The notes beneath the pieces are model-generated. The model was not told the DNA's origin. It worked only from the letters and a program-made list of their open reading frames with translations, and did no database searches. Below are positions 53,740-64,000 of a DNA stretch of 64,000 nucleotides, piece after piece. Source of the DNA: Azolla caroliniana (taxonomy: Eukaryota; Plantae; Polypodiophyta); the NCBI GenBank assembly GCA_043228905.1, contig JBHGNT010000006.1, forward strand, positions 3,906,001 to 3,970,000, written 5' to 3'. Made by a program: the position numbers and the translations under genes. Within the stretch, counting starts at the first letter, position 1. Each line of letters begins with the position of its first letter.

Positions 53740-54100
53740 GGATGTATGTGTGTGAGAGGGAGACATGTGATTGGACTCGTTCAATGAATGAATGATGGAT
53801 GGTGTGAGAGAGATGAGTGAGTGATCGGACGAGACTTGAACTGACCCGACCTAGGCCGGACCGAACCGATGACAAGGAGAGACTTTGGGGTGTTTAGGGT
53901 CTTGGGGGGGGGGGGGGGGGGGAGGAGGATGTATGTGTGTGAGAGGGAGACATGTGTCGGACTCGTTCAACGAATGAATGATGGATGGTGTGAGAGAGAC
54001 GAGCGAGTGATTGGACGAGACTTGAACCGACCCGACCCGGCCCTAGGCCGGACCGGACCGAACGAACCGATGATGACGAGGGGGAGACTTTGGGGGTGTT
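53740..54100. repeat. Diverged tandem duplication (about 155-175 bp units) separated by a G-run
   Basis: GGATGTATGTGTGTGAGAGGGAGACATGTG...GGACGAGACTTGAAC.GACCCGACC...GAGACTTTGGGG.TGTT at about 53740 and 53926. Confidence 0.9.
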
Positions 54101-54168
54101 GATGGGGGAATACATATATTTACCCTTTATTCACCGTCTTCATGTGTAATAATGGCTTTAACACACAG

Positions 54169-54206
<38 letters not shown>

Positions 54207-54590
54207 CTTGTGTTCAAATCTTAACGAAGTCATTATGCCTCTCTGTTCTCTGTGTTTATTATATTATGTCTGTGTTGGGTTTTATATGTATGTACATATA
54301 CATATGTATTATATATATAATGTATGAGCAAGTCTGAGATACAGAACTTTCCTCTGTTCAAAACGAAGCTTGACTTTCTCTGCTCTCTCTGCTCTGCTCT
54401 CTGTCCAGTCTCCAGAGCCTGCCTGCCTGCCTGCCTGTCAGTTCTACTCCACCCCCTCCATCTCCTTCCCCGCCATATCCACAGACTGTATCATCAGTCA
54501 GTCCATTAGCCAGTAGGTCAATCAGTCAGTCATCAGAAGAACTGCAGCCTGAACGAGAACAACATTCATGGTAGATTCTTTCTGTCTGTG

Positions 54591-54641
<51 letters not shown>

Positions 54642-54726
54642 GACCCTTGAAGTTTAACATTCCTCCTACATTCCTGGCAGCCTGGAAACCCTAGTTTTCT
54701 ACTGTTCCCCTTCGGTTCTTTATCTG

Positions 54727-54766
<40 letters not shown>

Positions 54767-54801
54767 TCACTCACACTCACGCAAAGGCTCTGATTGGAAC
54801 C

Positions 54802-56630
54802 ATGGCTGGAGAAGAGCACTGGCAGTATGATAGATATCGGAGCAGCGCATTGCAAGCCCTTCATGATCAGACTACTTTGATGAGCAATGGTAACAAGGAA
54901 TCACAGAAGAAGCAGCAGCAGCAGCAGCAGTCGAGGAGGAAGAAGAAATGCACAGAGGTCCCTGTCCCTGTCCCTGACCCCGTGCAGAGAAGTGCAAGCG
55001 AGAAGCTTTCCTGGTTTACTTCTTCCCCGTTACTATTACGCAGCCCAGCGAGGGAAGGCATGGTGAAGAAGAAAGGCGGTGGGCAGAGGTCCACTGCTAT
55101 GTTTTCCGCTAGGGCTAAGGGAGGGAGAGGAAGATATACAGAAGAAGAAGGAGAAAAAGGAGCAGATGAAGAAGCAAGGGAGGATGAAGAAGACCCTACT
55201 TCTCCTACAGTTTCTTGCATCGGCCAGGTTAAGCCTTGCAGGTCCAACAAGGCCATGTCCAAAGGGCCCTCCTCATCTTCATCAATGGCATCAGGAGCAT
55301 CTAGAGAATCTGGGTCGTCAGGAGCCGCCGCCATTTCCTCATCCCCTGCTCGATTCTTCATGAGCCCTGCAAGAGGCAGACACTCCACATGGACTTCCTT
55401 CTTTGCCTCGCCACGCAAGGTTAGCTCTGCCTCTTCTGCAGGCCATGGTCATGAAGGTCAGATCTCCCATTCCTTCTTTCTGTTTTTTTTCCAGTGTTTC
55501 TCTTCTGCCTTTTTTCTGGTTATTTTCTGCTTCTGCTTAGCAATATGCGGCTATTTCTACGTCCCATGTTGAGGTTTCTTCTTGTTTGTTTGGCCCATGT
55601 GTTTGTGTCAGATATGCAAGATAGTAAGCGAAGCCTGTGGGCTACAGTTTTCCGTAAACATCATCAGTATGCAGGAGGAGGAGGATGGGATGGGATTATG
55701 AATGGGGGTCCATCCCAGATATCTGCCTCTTCTCCTTCTTCTTCTGCTAACAATGCAGAGATGAGATGTCATAGAAATGCTATCCCTGCAGGACAAGGTC
55801 GAATGCCTTCTTCCAAGCTCCATGGGGGGCCTCCAACCTCTGCACAACATGGTGTGGCACACAAGTCTACTTATGAACAGTTGCCCCCTCTTCAGTCAGG
55901 CATCTGCAATATACAGGATTTGAAAGTCTCTTTAGAAGTTGTCCCTGAGACATGGTTGGCAAGAGATGGCGAGAGATTAAGAGCTGGAGCTGCGCGCGCC
56001 CAGCCATGTTTGCCCGACCGAAGTATGGAGGAGGACGACGAAGTGCCGCTGGCCCAAGAGGGTCAAGTCCTCAGAAGCTCAGCATTTTCCTCCATTGACC
56101 AAGATGCTAAGGCAATTGCCCAATGCCTGCAGAGAGCTTCATGTGATGGGGAAGCTCATACCATAGAACCTTCGGGAACTCAATCGAAGGATGCCGAGAA
56201 GAAGAAGACAACAACCACGATGAAGAAGAAGAAGATATTCTTTCTGGGATCGACCGCAGATTCCAGAAGAAGCCATCCCACAAAAACCAAAAAGCCTGGA
56301 TCCGACAGTGATGGCGGAGACTTGGACAAAAAGAGATTTGACCATACAGATCTTTATGAAAATCTTGCGAAATCGTTTGGCACGCTAATTGTGGTGGGTT
56401 ATGATCTGAATGAGAATGCTGCCAGCCATGAGCTTGCCCCTGCAAGTGGGGAGAAGCTGTTTGCTGGAACCTTCCAAGTGGCTGGCTTCAATGAGGCGGG
56501 AAGACGGTACTTGAAGCTGTTTCAAGCTGGCAATGCGGAGTTCATCCGGTCCCGCTCGGTCACATCCCAGAGGAAGACCGTAATGCGGTTGCAACGATGT
56601 AATTCTGAGCCATGGAAACCATCCAATTAG
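54802..56630 (+). CDS. Plant-specific, probably disordered protein with EPTSPxVxCxGQV and RCxSEP motifs (At1g76070/At5g37010-like family), 2 exons, 557 aa
   Basis: Exon 1 54802-55456, phase-1 GT-AG intron 55457-55611, exon 2 55612-56630, joined in frame. Motifs: EDPTSPTVSCIGQVK and MRLQRCNSEPW. (CT)n/(CA)n tracts lie upstream. The family assignment is from recalled motifs. Confidence 0.82.
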
Positions 56631-57597
56631 GGGATGTTTTTACACACGAGAACTCTACTGCATGTATGTTTCGATGTAACATAGATGACTTATCACTCGA
56701 TCCTCCTTGCTTCTCACGAAGACATAGAACTATTGAAAGCCCATCACAGGGTTTTTATGGACTCAGCTAAATCCTTTTTTTTGTGTGTGCCACAATCCCT
56801 GTCTGGAAACCATGGCCGTCAGTTGTCATTACTCTGTTGCCATATTTCGGCGAAGGGGTTCTTTCGTACTTTCATGGATGAAGGAGTCTTTACAGATTGT
56901 GGTAGGAGAAAACCTCTCTGGCTTCTCAAGGAGGATGAATTAATGTAACATAAAATATTTTTTTCTTCTTCAGGAAGTCGTAGAACTGTTGAAAGTTCGG
57001 TCACTTCTTCTTCATTTGGTTTTGATTCCCGAGCACAGGTTTGATGAGTTCCACTGCATCGTTTTCCTATATTTGTGCTGCAATACCTGTCTGGAAACCT
57101 TGGCAGTTGTTATTACTCCATTGTTGTCATATTTCAGGAAGGGGTTTCTTTCTTTCATGGATGGATTGTGGTTGGAGACAACAACCTCTCTGACTTTTCA
57201 AGAAGGACGAATCAAACCCAAAAAACCATCTCTCCAATGTGTAGTTCCGATTAATGAAAATGTAATATATATTCTGCACATCATCATCGTGGCTATCATT
57301 GTCGTCCTAATTGTGGTCGTCATTATCATCTTCAGCGAATGTTGCTTATGGCGTTCAAACTTATTTGTCATCGCCACGATCATCATCAGCAAATGCTGGT
57401 TATGGGATTCAAACTGAGAGGCTCCTGATAACATTTGAAACTAACACTAAGCGTGTAATTATATGAGGTTAATGTACAACGATTAGAAAATCACCTTCGT
57501 TTAATTACAATATCCAATTATATGAGGTCAATTCTTTAATTTAGAATGTACACATTTCTAATTTTGTCAATTAGAAGCAAATTATGCCGTTGCATTG

Positions 57598-57721
57598 AAA
57601 GTGGGTCGTCTCTCCTAGTCAGGTAATTAGAAAGTGGGGTTTCTCCTAATTGAGGTAATTAGAAAGTGGGGTTTCTCTCCTAATTGAGGTAATTAGAATG
57701 TGAGCTATCTTTCCTAATTGA
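57598..57721. repeat. About 33-bp minisatellite, about 3.7 copies
   Basis: Unit AAAGTGGGGTTTCT(CT)CCTAATTGAGGTAATTAG. Confidence 0.88.
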
Positions 57722-59193
57722 TATAAGTAAAAGCATATATTGCTAGATTTGTTTCTGATTTGGTATTTTTGAAATTAAAAACCTCAACTTTGACCAAGCA
57801 CATAGATATACAGGAATTTACTAATAAGCATCCGATATACACAAATGGATATGAATTTCTGTATTTTTTTTTAATATCGTAACTTACCCTAGTGGTAATG
57901 CCATTGTGGAATGCAGGGTTGAGCACATCCATCCTTCTCTCTCTCTCTCTCTATCACACACACACACACACATCCATTATGCCGTTACTATGCTAGAGGG
58001 ACCATGGTCTTCAGCTTCTTGAGCGTTTGCTATCTCATCCAACTTAGGCATTGACCTAAAACCCCTTTAGTAACATGTTATTGCTGGTTTTGGCAAGCTT
58101 GGAGCCAACAAATCTCATTACCATTTCTTCTTTCAACACCCCCCTAGTTGTAATTATTGCATCTTTTTTATCTCACCATCTCCAACAAGGCCTCACCATA
58201 TCCACCCAAGTAATTGTTGTTGTAAAGCTTTGCATTTTGTTGACCTTGCTATCGCCAGAAAGACTACACCATATCTTAGAGTTTTTGAAAGTAGGATTTG
58301 TTGTTGATTGTTACTCTTGTAAGGGTCATAGTATTAGTTTGTCACTTGCCAATAACTTATAAATACATTTGAACACATTAACATTTCTCGACGAAAATTG
58401 AGTTCTAAATGTTGGATCCATACATTCCTTTCTATTTTCTTGAATTTGTCAAATTTGAATCATGTTTGACTTCATATCTTTCTCATTGAGTTCATCCTTG
58501 CCTAGGCCAAACCATCCTCAAAGCCTCTTGTTTCCATCCTTGTAGAGGTGATATTGCATTGACCCAAAATCGTGGGGTAAGATGAAGAATTTTGAAAGAG
58601 GAAATGGACAATTGTATGTATGGAAACGGGAAATAATAATTGATCTCAAAGATGTAAATTTGTTGTTTTGTGCATTGTGTGTAATACTTTCGCTTATTTG
58701 TGTTTTTTAGATACATGTCATCATTCTAATTAAGTGGTGTAATTTGATTCCCTCCTTGTCGAAGATCTACCTGAAGAGGAGGTTTCTCTAATCTTAATCC
58801 TCAAGGAATTCATGGGCACATTTCCATGGAGCTACATAGACATGAAGATAGTGTCAACCGAAGTAGTGATGTATGCAACTCCTAAGTGAAGGGATGCAAG
58901 GGTAGTTAGGAGAAACCGTGGTTGATGAATGGTCAATAAGGCCAACAAATCAAGGATGAAATAAAGAAGATGCTCAAAGTATAGAGCACTCTGCTTGCCC
59001 ACCCATGAACAATTGTAAAATCCAAATATGCATACATAGATTTATCCATAGAGCATCTATTAAATTGGGAAGTGTGAAATGTAGCTTACAACCTTATTGA
59101 TGGACTCTTTGAGTATAGTTAAATAGTTGTTATATAAATGGATCAACATCAATATACCTTTGCATTGAATTTGGCAAGTCTGTTTACTAACAA

Positions 59194-59400
59194 ATGTCAT
59201 CCAAGTTGGCGAGTGGGTTAGGAACTTATGAGAGAGGCATTGATCATATATTCTCATCCAACCTTATGAACTTAGATAGAGTTAGGTATTATGTATGTGA
59301 CATATGCCACAACTCGACTTGGATGGAACACCTCACCCTTCTAAGGGGAACTTTTGAATCAATTATCATTGAACACACTCAAATGCCAAATTTGAGATAA
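59194..59400 (+). mobile_element. Degenerate Gypsy RT core fragment
   Basis: GLGTYERGIDHIF...VRYYVCDICHNSTWMEHLTLLRGTFE resembles the APATFQR.MD..F...YVDDI...S.TWEEHL..LR.VF consensus. Confidence 0.6.
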
Positions 59401-60865
59401 GCATGGATAATATTGTAGCACATCATGAAACAAATCTCTACTGATGACGTGAGAGTAAAAATAACTTTAGACTTGATCCCTTATGCTAATGAGAAGCTAT
59501 GATAGGAATTTACAGACTATGTTGTGTACTTTCAACACTTCATTAAAATCTTCGTTGAGAAGCAAGACCATTGTATGGACTCCTTAAGGAGTTCAAGTGG
59601 AAGTTAAGCATTGGTCATACACACAAGCATTGACATAGGTACCCTTGAAGAAGAAAAAAGTGGGAAACTTGTGAGCCCCAAGCACAAAGAAACTAAAATC
59701 TAAGGGAAGTATAAAAGCCAATCGTTAAAACTCCTCCCACTTAACCTTTATCTTCTCACTTTTACCTAAAGCCTTATTTTCCTAATCTCTCTCTCTCTCT
59801 CTCTCCCCCCCCCCCCCCCCCCCCCCCTCGTTATTCTCCTTAATTAGATGTTCAAGATCCCATTAACCAAATGATCCACATTCATTGGAATTGGACCATG
59901 GGGCCGACTATATGTGGAATTGAATTTGATGTTGGACCCTATTGATGCATGAATAGTAAATTGATCTCACTAAACAACAAACTTAATAAACTTTATAGGA
60001 TCGTGAGTTCATTGGAATAAGGGGAATTTGACATCATCTCAAAGCCCCCTTCAAAACAATCATAGAGGGCAATATTATCCCAGATAGTATCAAGACAATT
60101 TCCTACAACTTGGATGCATAAACTTAATTTGGACACAATCCTCGATGATTGCTTCGCTTGATGATTGATATTTATTAGTATTTTCAACATAGGCATTGAT
60201 ATTTATTGTCAAGGTGATAAAATCTCTCAGTTGCGAAGGTCCTTTTTGAGCAACATAGCAATTCTCTAAAGAGTTGGTCTCACAAGAAGAGATATAGCAA
60301 AGCCAACTTTAGCTTGACCTATCATATATCTACGAGAGGGTATGTGTATTACCAACCAACTTTAATTCAAATGGTGTGCCATCAAATTGCAGGGGAAAAT
60401 TAATCTTCGACTTTCGTAGGCAAAATGTTGAAACCAATATACTTTCACCCAATGTTCATTATTCCCAACCTATAAGTACATTATTGAGCTAGCTTGTTTA
60501 TTTTTTACAACATTGATATATCCTCTTTGTTCGAATGTTCAATAAATAGGAAACTACACTCCATAGTAGATCATGAATGATTAAGAAATTCTTGTTTGCA
60601 TTGCCATGAACATCTGAACAAATTATGAAAAGTATTAAAAAGAGAACAAGAAATATTCGGAAAAGATTCAACTTTTATTATTTTGTACAATGCCATGAAT
60701 GATGCACCAAAAGTGGGGGAAATTTGACTAGAAATATTCATTAGTGGCGTTAAAATGCTAAACCAATGCTTGAAGGTTTCTTTATTTAGCGTAGGAGACA
60801 CTTCTTTCTTCCCGTTCAAGGTGGGATAATTAGACAAGCCAAGAGATGGCCATATATGTATGATT

Positions 60866-61149
60866 CACAGTATGAACCATACATACCATACGTGCATTCA
60901 CATTCACTCATGTTTCAATCATTCGCGTAAGAAAAACACCCTCAAAGAATGACAAATACCATATTTTGGATCAACTAATTATTTTGAGGTAAATAAGCCT
61001 AAAAAATGGAAAAAAACTAAAAAAACATTAAAAAAATAGGGAAAAAACTAAAACAAAAAACACAAGAATGTTTGAATAACATTCGCATTCGTTTTCCAAC
61101 GTAGGAAAACAAATGTTATGCTAGACGAACACAAATTTTACATACTATG
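60866..61149. mobile_element. hAT-type MITE, 284 bp
   Basis: Perfect 8-bp TSD GTATGATT (60858-60865 and 61150-61157). TIR CACAGTATGAA versus reverse complement CATAGTATGTA (9/11). CATTC subterminal repeats and an A-rich core. Confidence 0.82.
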
Positions 61150-61857
61150 GTATGATTCATGAACACAATTCCACATCAATTTATAAAACAACACATCTTC
61201 ATAAAAAAATGTTCAATACAATGTAACTTACATATTTGCCAAGTTGAGCTTGAGATATCACCTAGATCTTGCAAATTCACGACAAGAACTAAACAAATGA
61301 GATTGATACAATCTAAACAATGGCTTTTGCTAGTAGGAAGGATGGTTGTGCCCCATACCATGAACATGGTTTTTGTGGTCATACATATTGGACATGGTTG
61401 TGAGCTTGAACAAGAGGCATAAGACAACTCATGATGGAAGTGACAATAAAAAGATAGTAGTGGATGGTATGCATATGTTACCCTATTCGTGTCCATATAT
61501 CACTCTCTCAAAAATTGACTTGGATATTTGATACAATAATTGTACATTCAAAGTCTTCGGCCTAACCATTTGCTACTCGACTCAATGTGGTGCATGCACT
61601 AAAGATTTGTTTACATTTCTTAATTTTCAGCATTGCACACATGAACAAAGAAATCACTTGATGGATCAGTCGTCTAGTAAAGTATACATTATGGAACAAA
61701 GAGCATACAATGAAATCTCCGCATGTGTGTGTGTGTGTAGAGGACAGATAGACTCCAAGGGTTGCCCACCTAGATTTTGGGCATCATATGTGTCTCTGGG
61801 AACTTAGAGGCCTCACCTATAATTAACCTCCCTTCCCCCATGAACCAAAATACTCAT

Positions 61858-61965
61858 CATATACATATACATAGCTACATAGCTACATACATACATACAT
61901 ACATACATACACACATACATACATACATACACACACACATACATACATACATATATATATGTATG
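61858..61965 (+). repeat. (CATA)n microsatellite upstream of INTS3
   Basis: Seen directly. Confidence 0.92.
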
Positions 61966-62341
61966 TATATTATGCTTTCTTCCTTGCTCTGCAGCTCCAG
62001 CGGCTTCTTTCTCTGCACGAGCTCTTCTTCTTCACTTCTCGTCCTGGCCTTCGGTAAGTTGAGAGAAAAAGGGATAGATATATATGAGAGAAAGATGCAT
62101 ATTTATGTAGTGTGATTGCTGTTAGGCTGGAACCAGGGCTATTGCTTTCGGACACAGCAATTTGTTTGCCATTTCTTATTGGCTTGTTTCCTTCGTAAAT
62201 GGGAAGTAGACGTGAGCACCGATTCAGGGTTTGAAAAATGGGCAGATTTTGTCGTGCCACTCAACCTGCTCTGTCAGATGTTGCCATGTCCTTCCTCATG
62301 TAGAGGCTCTTGCATGAAGTGGTGCTTTGAATCTGTTTGTC

Positions 62342-64000
62342 ATGACATCAAAGATGGTGCAAAGGCCTCCTCAAGATGCAGAAGAGGGGAAGATACTGAT
62401 GAGATCCCCTTATGAGGCAAAAGAGGACTTTGAGAACAGTTTGTATCAATCATTTGTGAGTTTTCAGGCCCAACTTACACCTCCCTACCACATCTCTCCT
62501 CAGTCGTTACCATCAGGAGATCTTACCCAGCTGAACCAAGCGTGGATTTATGCGTTCTTGACACAGCCTCGAATGCAACAATCCCTCTTCACACACCTGA
62601 CAGCCATCACCACCGATGGGTATGCTTGCATTGTTTCTGTTCTTCTACGACTTGTCAATGAGCACTACCCAAAGCTTCTCGACCAGTGCCGCACTCAGCT
62701 ATTGTTGCTGGTTAAGCAGTTAATAGCTTTGTCTGCATCGGAAGTGGAGAACTTATGCTTATCATTGTTGCGCTGCATCATAGGAGGCGATGTAACACAG
62801 TGGAATGTGTGGCTGTCTGGGCAAGTGTTGGATATGCTCAGGAATAACTGGACCTGGCTTATTGGGAATCCAGGACTACTTACAAGTGCTTTGTTCACAT
62901 TCCTTCGACTTTTACCGGATCATTTCATGGCTAAAAACACTGTATTAAATGAGCTAAGACAGGATGAAGCTTCTTTCTGTGTAAAGATACTTCGCAACTG
63001 CTTCCAAGAATGCCTCGTTATAGGCAGGGATCTTGTGCGGCTTTTGCAGGATGTTACTTTCATTCCAGAATTTGAGTCTATTTGGAAGGATCTACTCTCG
63101 AATCCATCTGCTTTCAATGTCTCTAGTTTTACAGATATTGCACAGCTATATGTCGTGCGAACACCGACACGTTACCTACTCTCACGCTTAACCATGGAGA
63201 TGGAATCACAAATCAGGTTCATGCTCACATATGTGCGCATGGGGAATCAGAGGCGCTATCAGGCATGGTTTGCTCAGCGCTTTCTGTCAGCACCTGGAAG
63301 TGAGACTTTGGTTTGTGATCTCATTCGTTTCATTTGTTGTGTTCACCATCCCCCAAATCACATCCTCCAATCGGACATAGTGCCACGATGGGCAGTTATA
63401 GGCTGGCTTTTGAAATGTTGCAAAAGTCAACATGTTGAGGCAAATGCTAAACTTGCTTTGTTCTATGATTGGTTTTTCTTTATGACCAAGACAGACAATA
63501 TAATGAATATTGAGCCTGCTCTTCTTCTTATGGTACACTCTGTTCCAAAGTACATAGATATTACTCATTCTTTGTTAGAGTTTTTGTTTCTGTGCTTGGA
63601 GCATTATGACCCTTCTAGGAAAGACTTGATAGCTCGTGGGGTGGTCACATCAGTGGACATACTGGTAAGTAAAGGCGTTGTTAGGTCATTGGAGCCTTTA
63701 GCATGTAATTCACATGTTTCTCCTTGGCTTAGGGAGAAGCTTGTTGCCTACTTCCCAATGTACTCCCAAGCAGAATCTATGGAAGCCCATAAAAATGTGA
63801 AGCAAGAATGTGTTCAGCAAGAGGTTCCCGATTCCATTCCATCCCCATTAGGTAGCATAAGGGGGGTTTCAACAGTCCAAAGTGAATCACATTCTAGACA
63901 AGAAAAACCGTTATCAAGAACTGTTACAGAACGAGACTTGGGTGAAGATAATTCTGAGCCAGGAACACCGACGATGGAGTCAAATAATGGAATGATGGAC
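62342..64000 (+). CDS. INTS3: Integrator complex subunit 3 (INTS3/DUF2356; plant DSP2-like), partial, continues past window end
   Basis: Open frame from ATG 62342 (MTSKMVQRPPQDAEEGKILMRSPYEA), preceded by an in-frame TGA. Contains IGRDLVRLLQDV..IPEF..IWKDLL, GNQRRYQAWF, DLIRFICCVHHPPNHILQSDIVPRWAVIGWLL and NAKLALFYDWFFF...DNIMNIEPA. Missing from the ORF track because it has no stop in the window. Probable 5'UTR intron donor at 62054 (GTAAG). Confidence 0.95.
   Translation, partial: MTSKMVQRPPQDAEEGKILMRSPYEAKEDFENSLYQSFVSFQAQLTPPYHISPQSLPSGDLTQLNQAWIYAFLTQPRMQQSLFTHLTAITTDGYACIVSVLLRLVNEHYPKLLDQCRTQLLLLVKQLIALSASEVENLCLSLLRCIIGGDVTQWNVWLSGQVLDMLRNNWTWLIGNPGLLTSALFTFLRLLPDHFMAKNTVLNELRQDEASFCVKILRNCFQECLVIGRDLVRLLQDVTFIPEFESIWKDLLSNPSAFNVSSFTDIAQLYVVRTPTRYLLSRLTMEMESQIRFMLTYVRMGNQRRYQAWFAQRFLSAPGSETLVCDLIRFICCVHHPPNHILQSDIVPRWAVIGWLLKCCKSQHVEANAKLALFYDWFFFMTKTDNIMNIEPALLLMVHSVPKYIDITHSLLEFLFLCLEHYDPSRKDLIARGVVTSVDILVSKGVVRSLEPLACNSHVSPWLREKLVAYFPMYSQAESMEAHKNVKQECVQQEVPDSIPSPLGSIRGVSTVQSESHSRQEKPLSRTVTERDLGEDNSEPGTPTMESNNGMMD

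Noticed and set aside
54867-55418. 183-aa antisense ORF
   Set aside because: Shadow of the low-complexity first exon on the plus strand.
57598-57721. Regular about 33-bp repeats resembling a CRISPR array
   Set aside because: Head-to-tail units without unique spacers, no cas genes and a eukaryotic context; it is a minisatellite.

Overview
Land-plant nuclear DNA, AT-rich and dense in microsatellites. The PLS-PPR content and repeat style suggest a fern, possibly Ceratopteris-like; this is inference and was not checked against a database. Reading splice sites by hand gives eight protein-coding genes: a C2-domain inositol polyphosphate 5-phosphatase (minus, cut by the window start, two GC-AG introns), an intact DYW PPR editing factor, a convergent PLS PPR that stops after E1, a 10-exon alcohol dehydrogenase, a 14-exon CIPK, a 7-exon exosome RRP41L/MTR3, a 2-exon plant protein with the SPxVxCxGQV motif, and INTS3 (cut by the window end). 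There is also a PPR pseudogene, hAT-type MITEs with 8-bp TSDs, Gypsy, Copia and LINE remnants, and several tandem duplications. The most interesting items are the C2 plus SHIP-like phosphatase architecture, a strand-polarised (CATA)n signature upstream of genes, and an orphan locus near 6.1-6.4 kb that this signature points to, which may encode a 55-aa Cys-rich membrane micropeptide. I found no clearly new multi-gene system.
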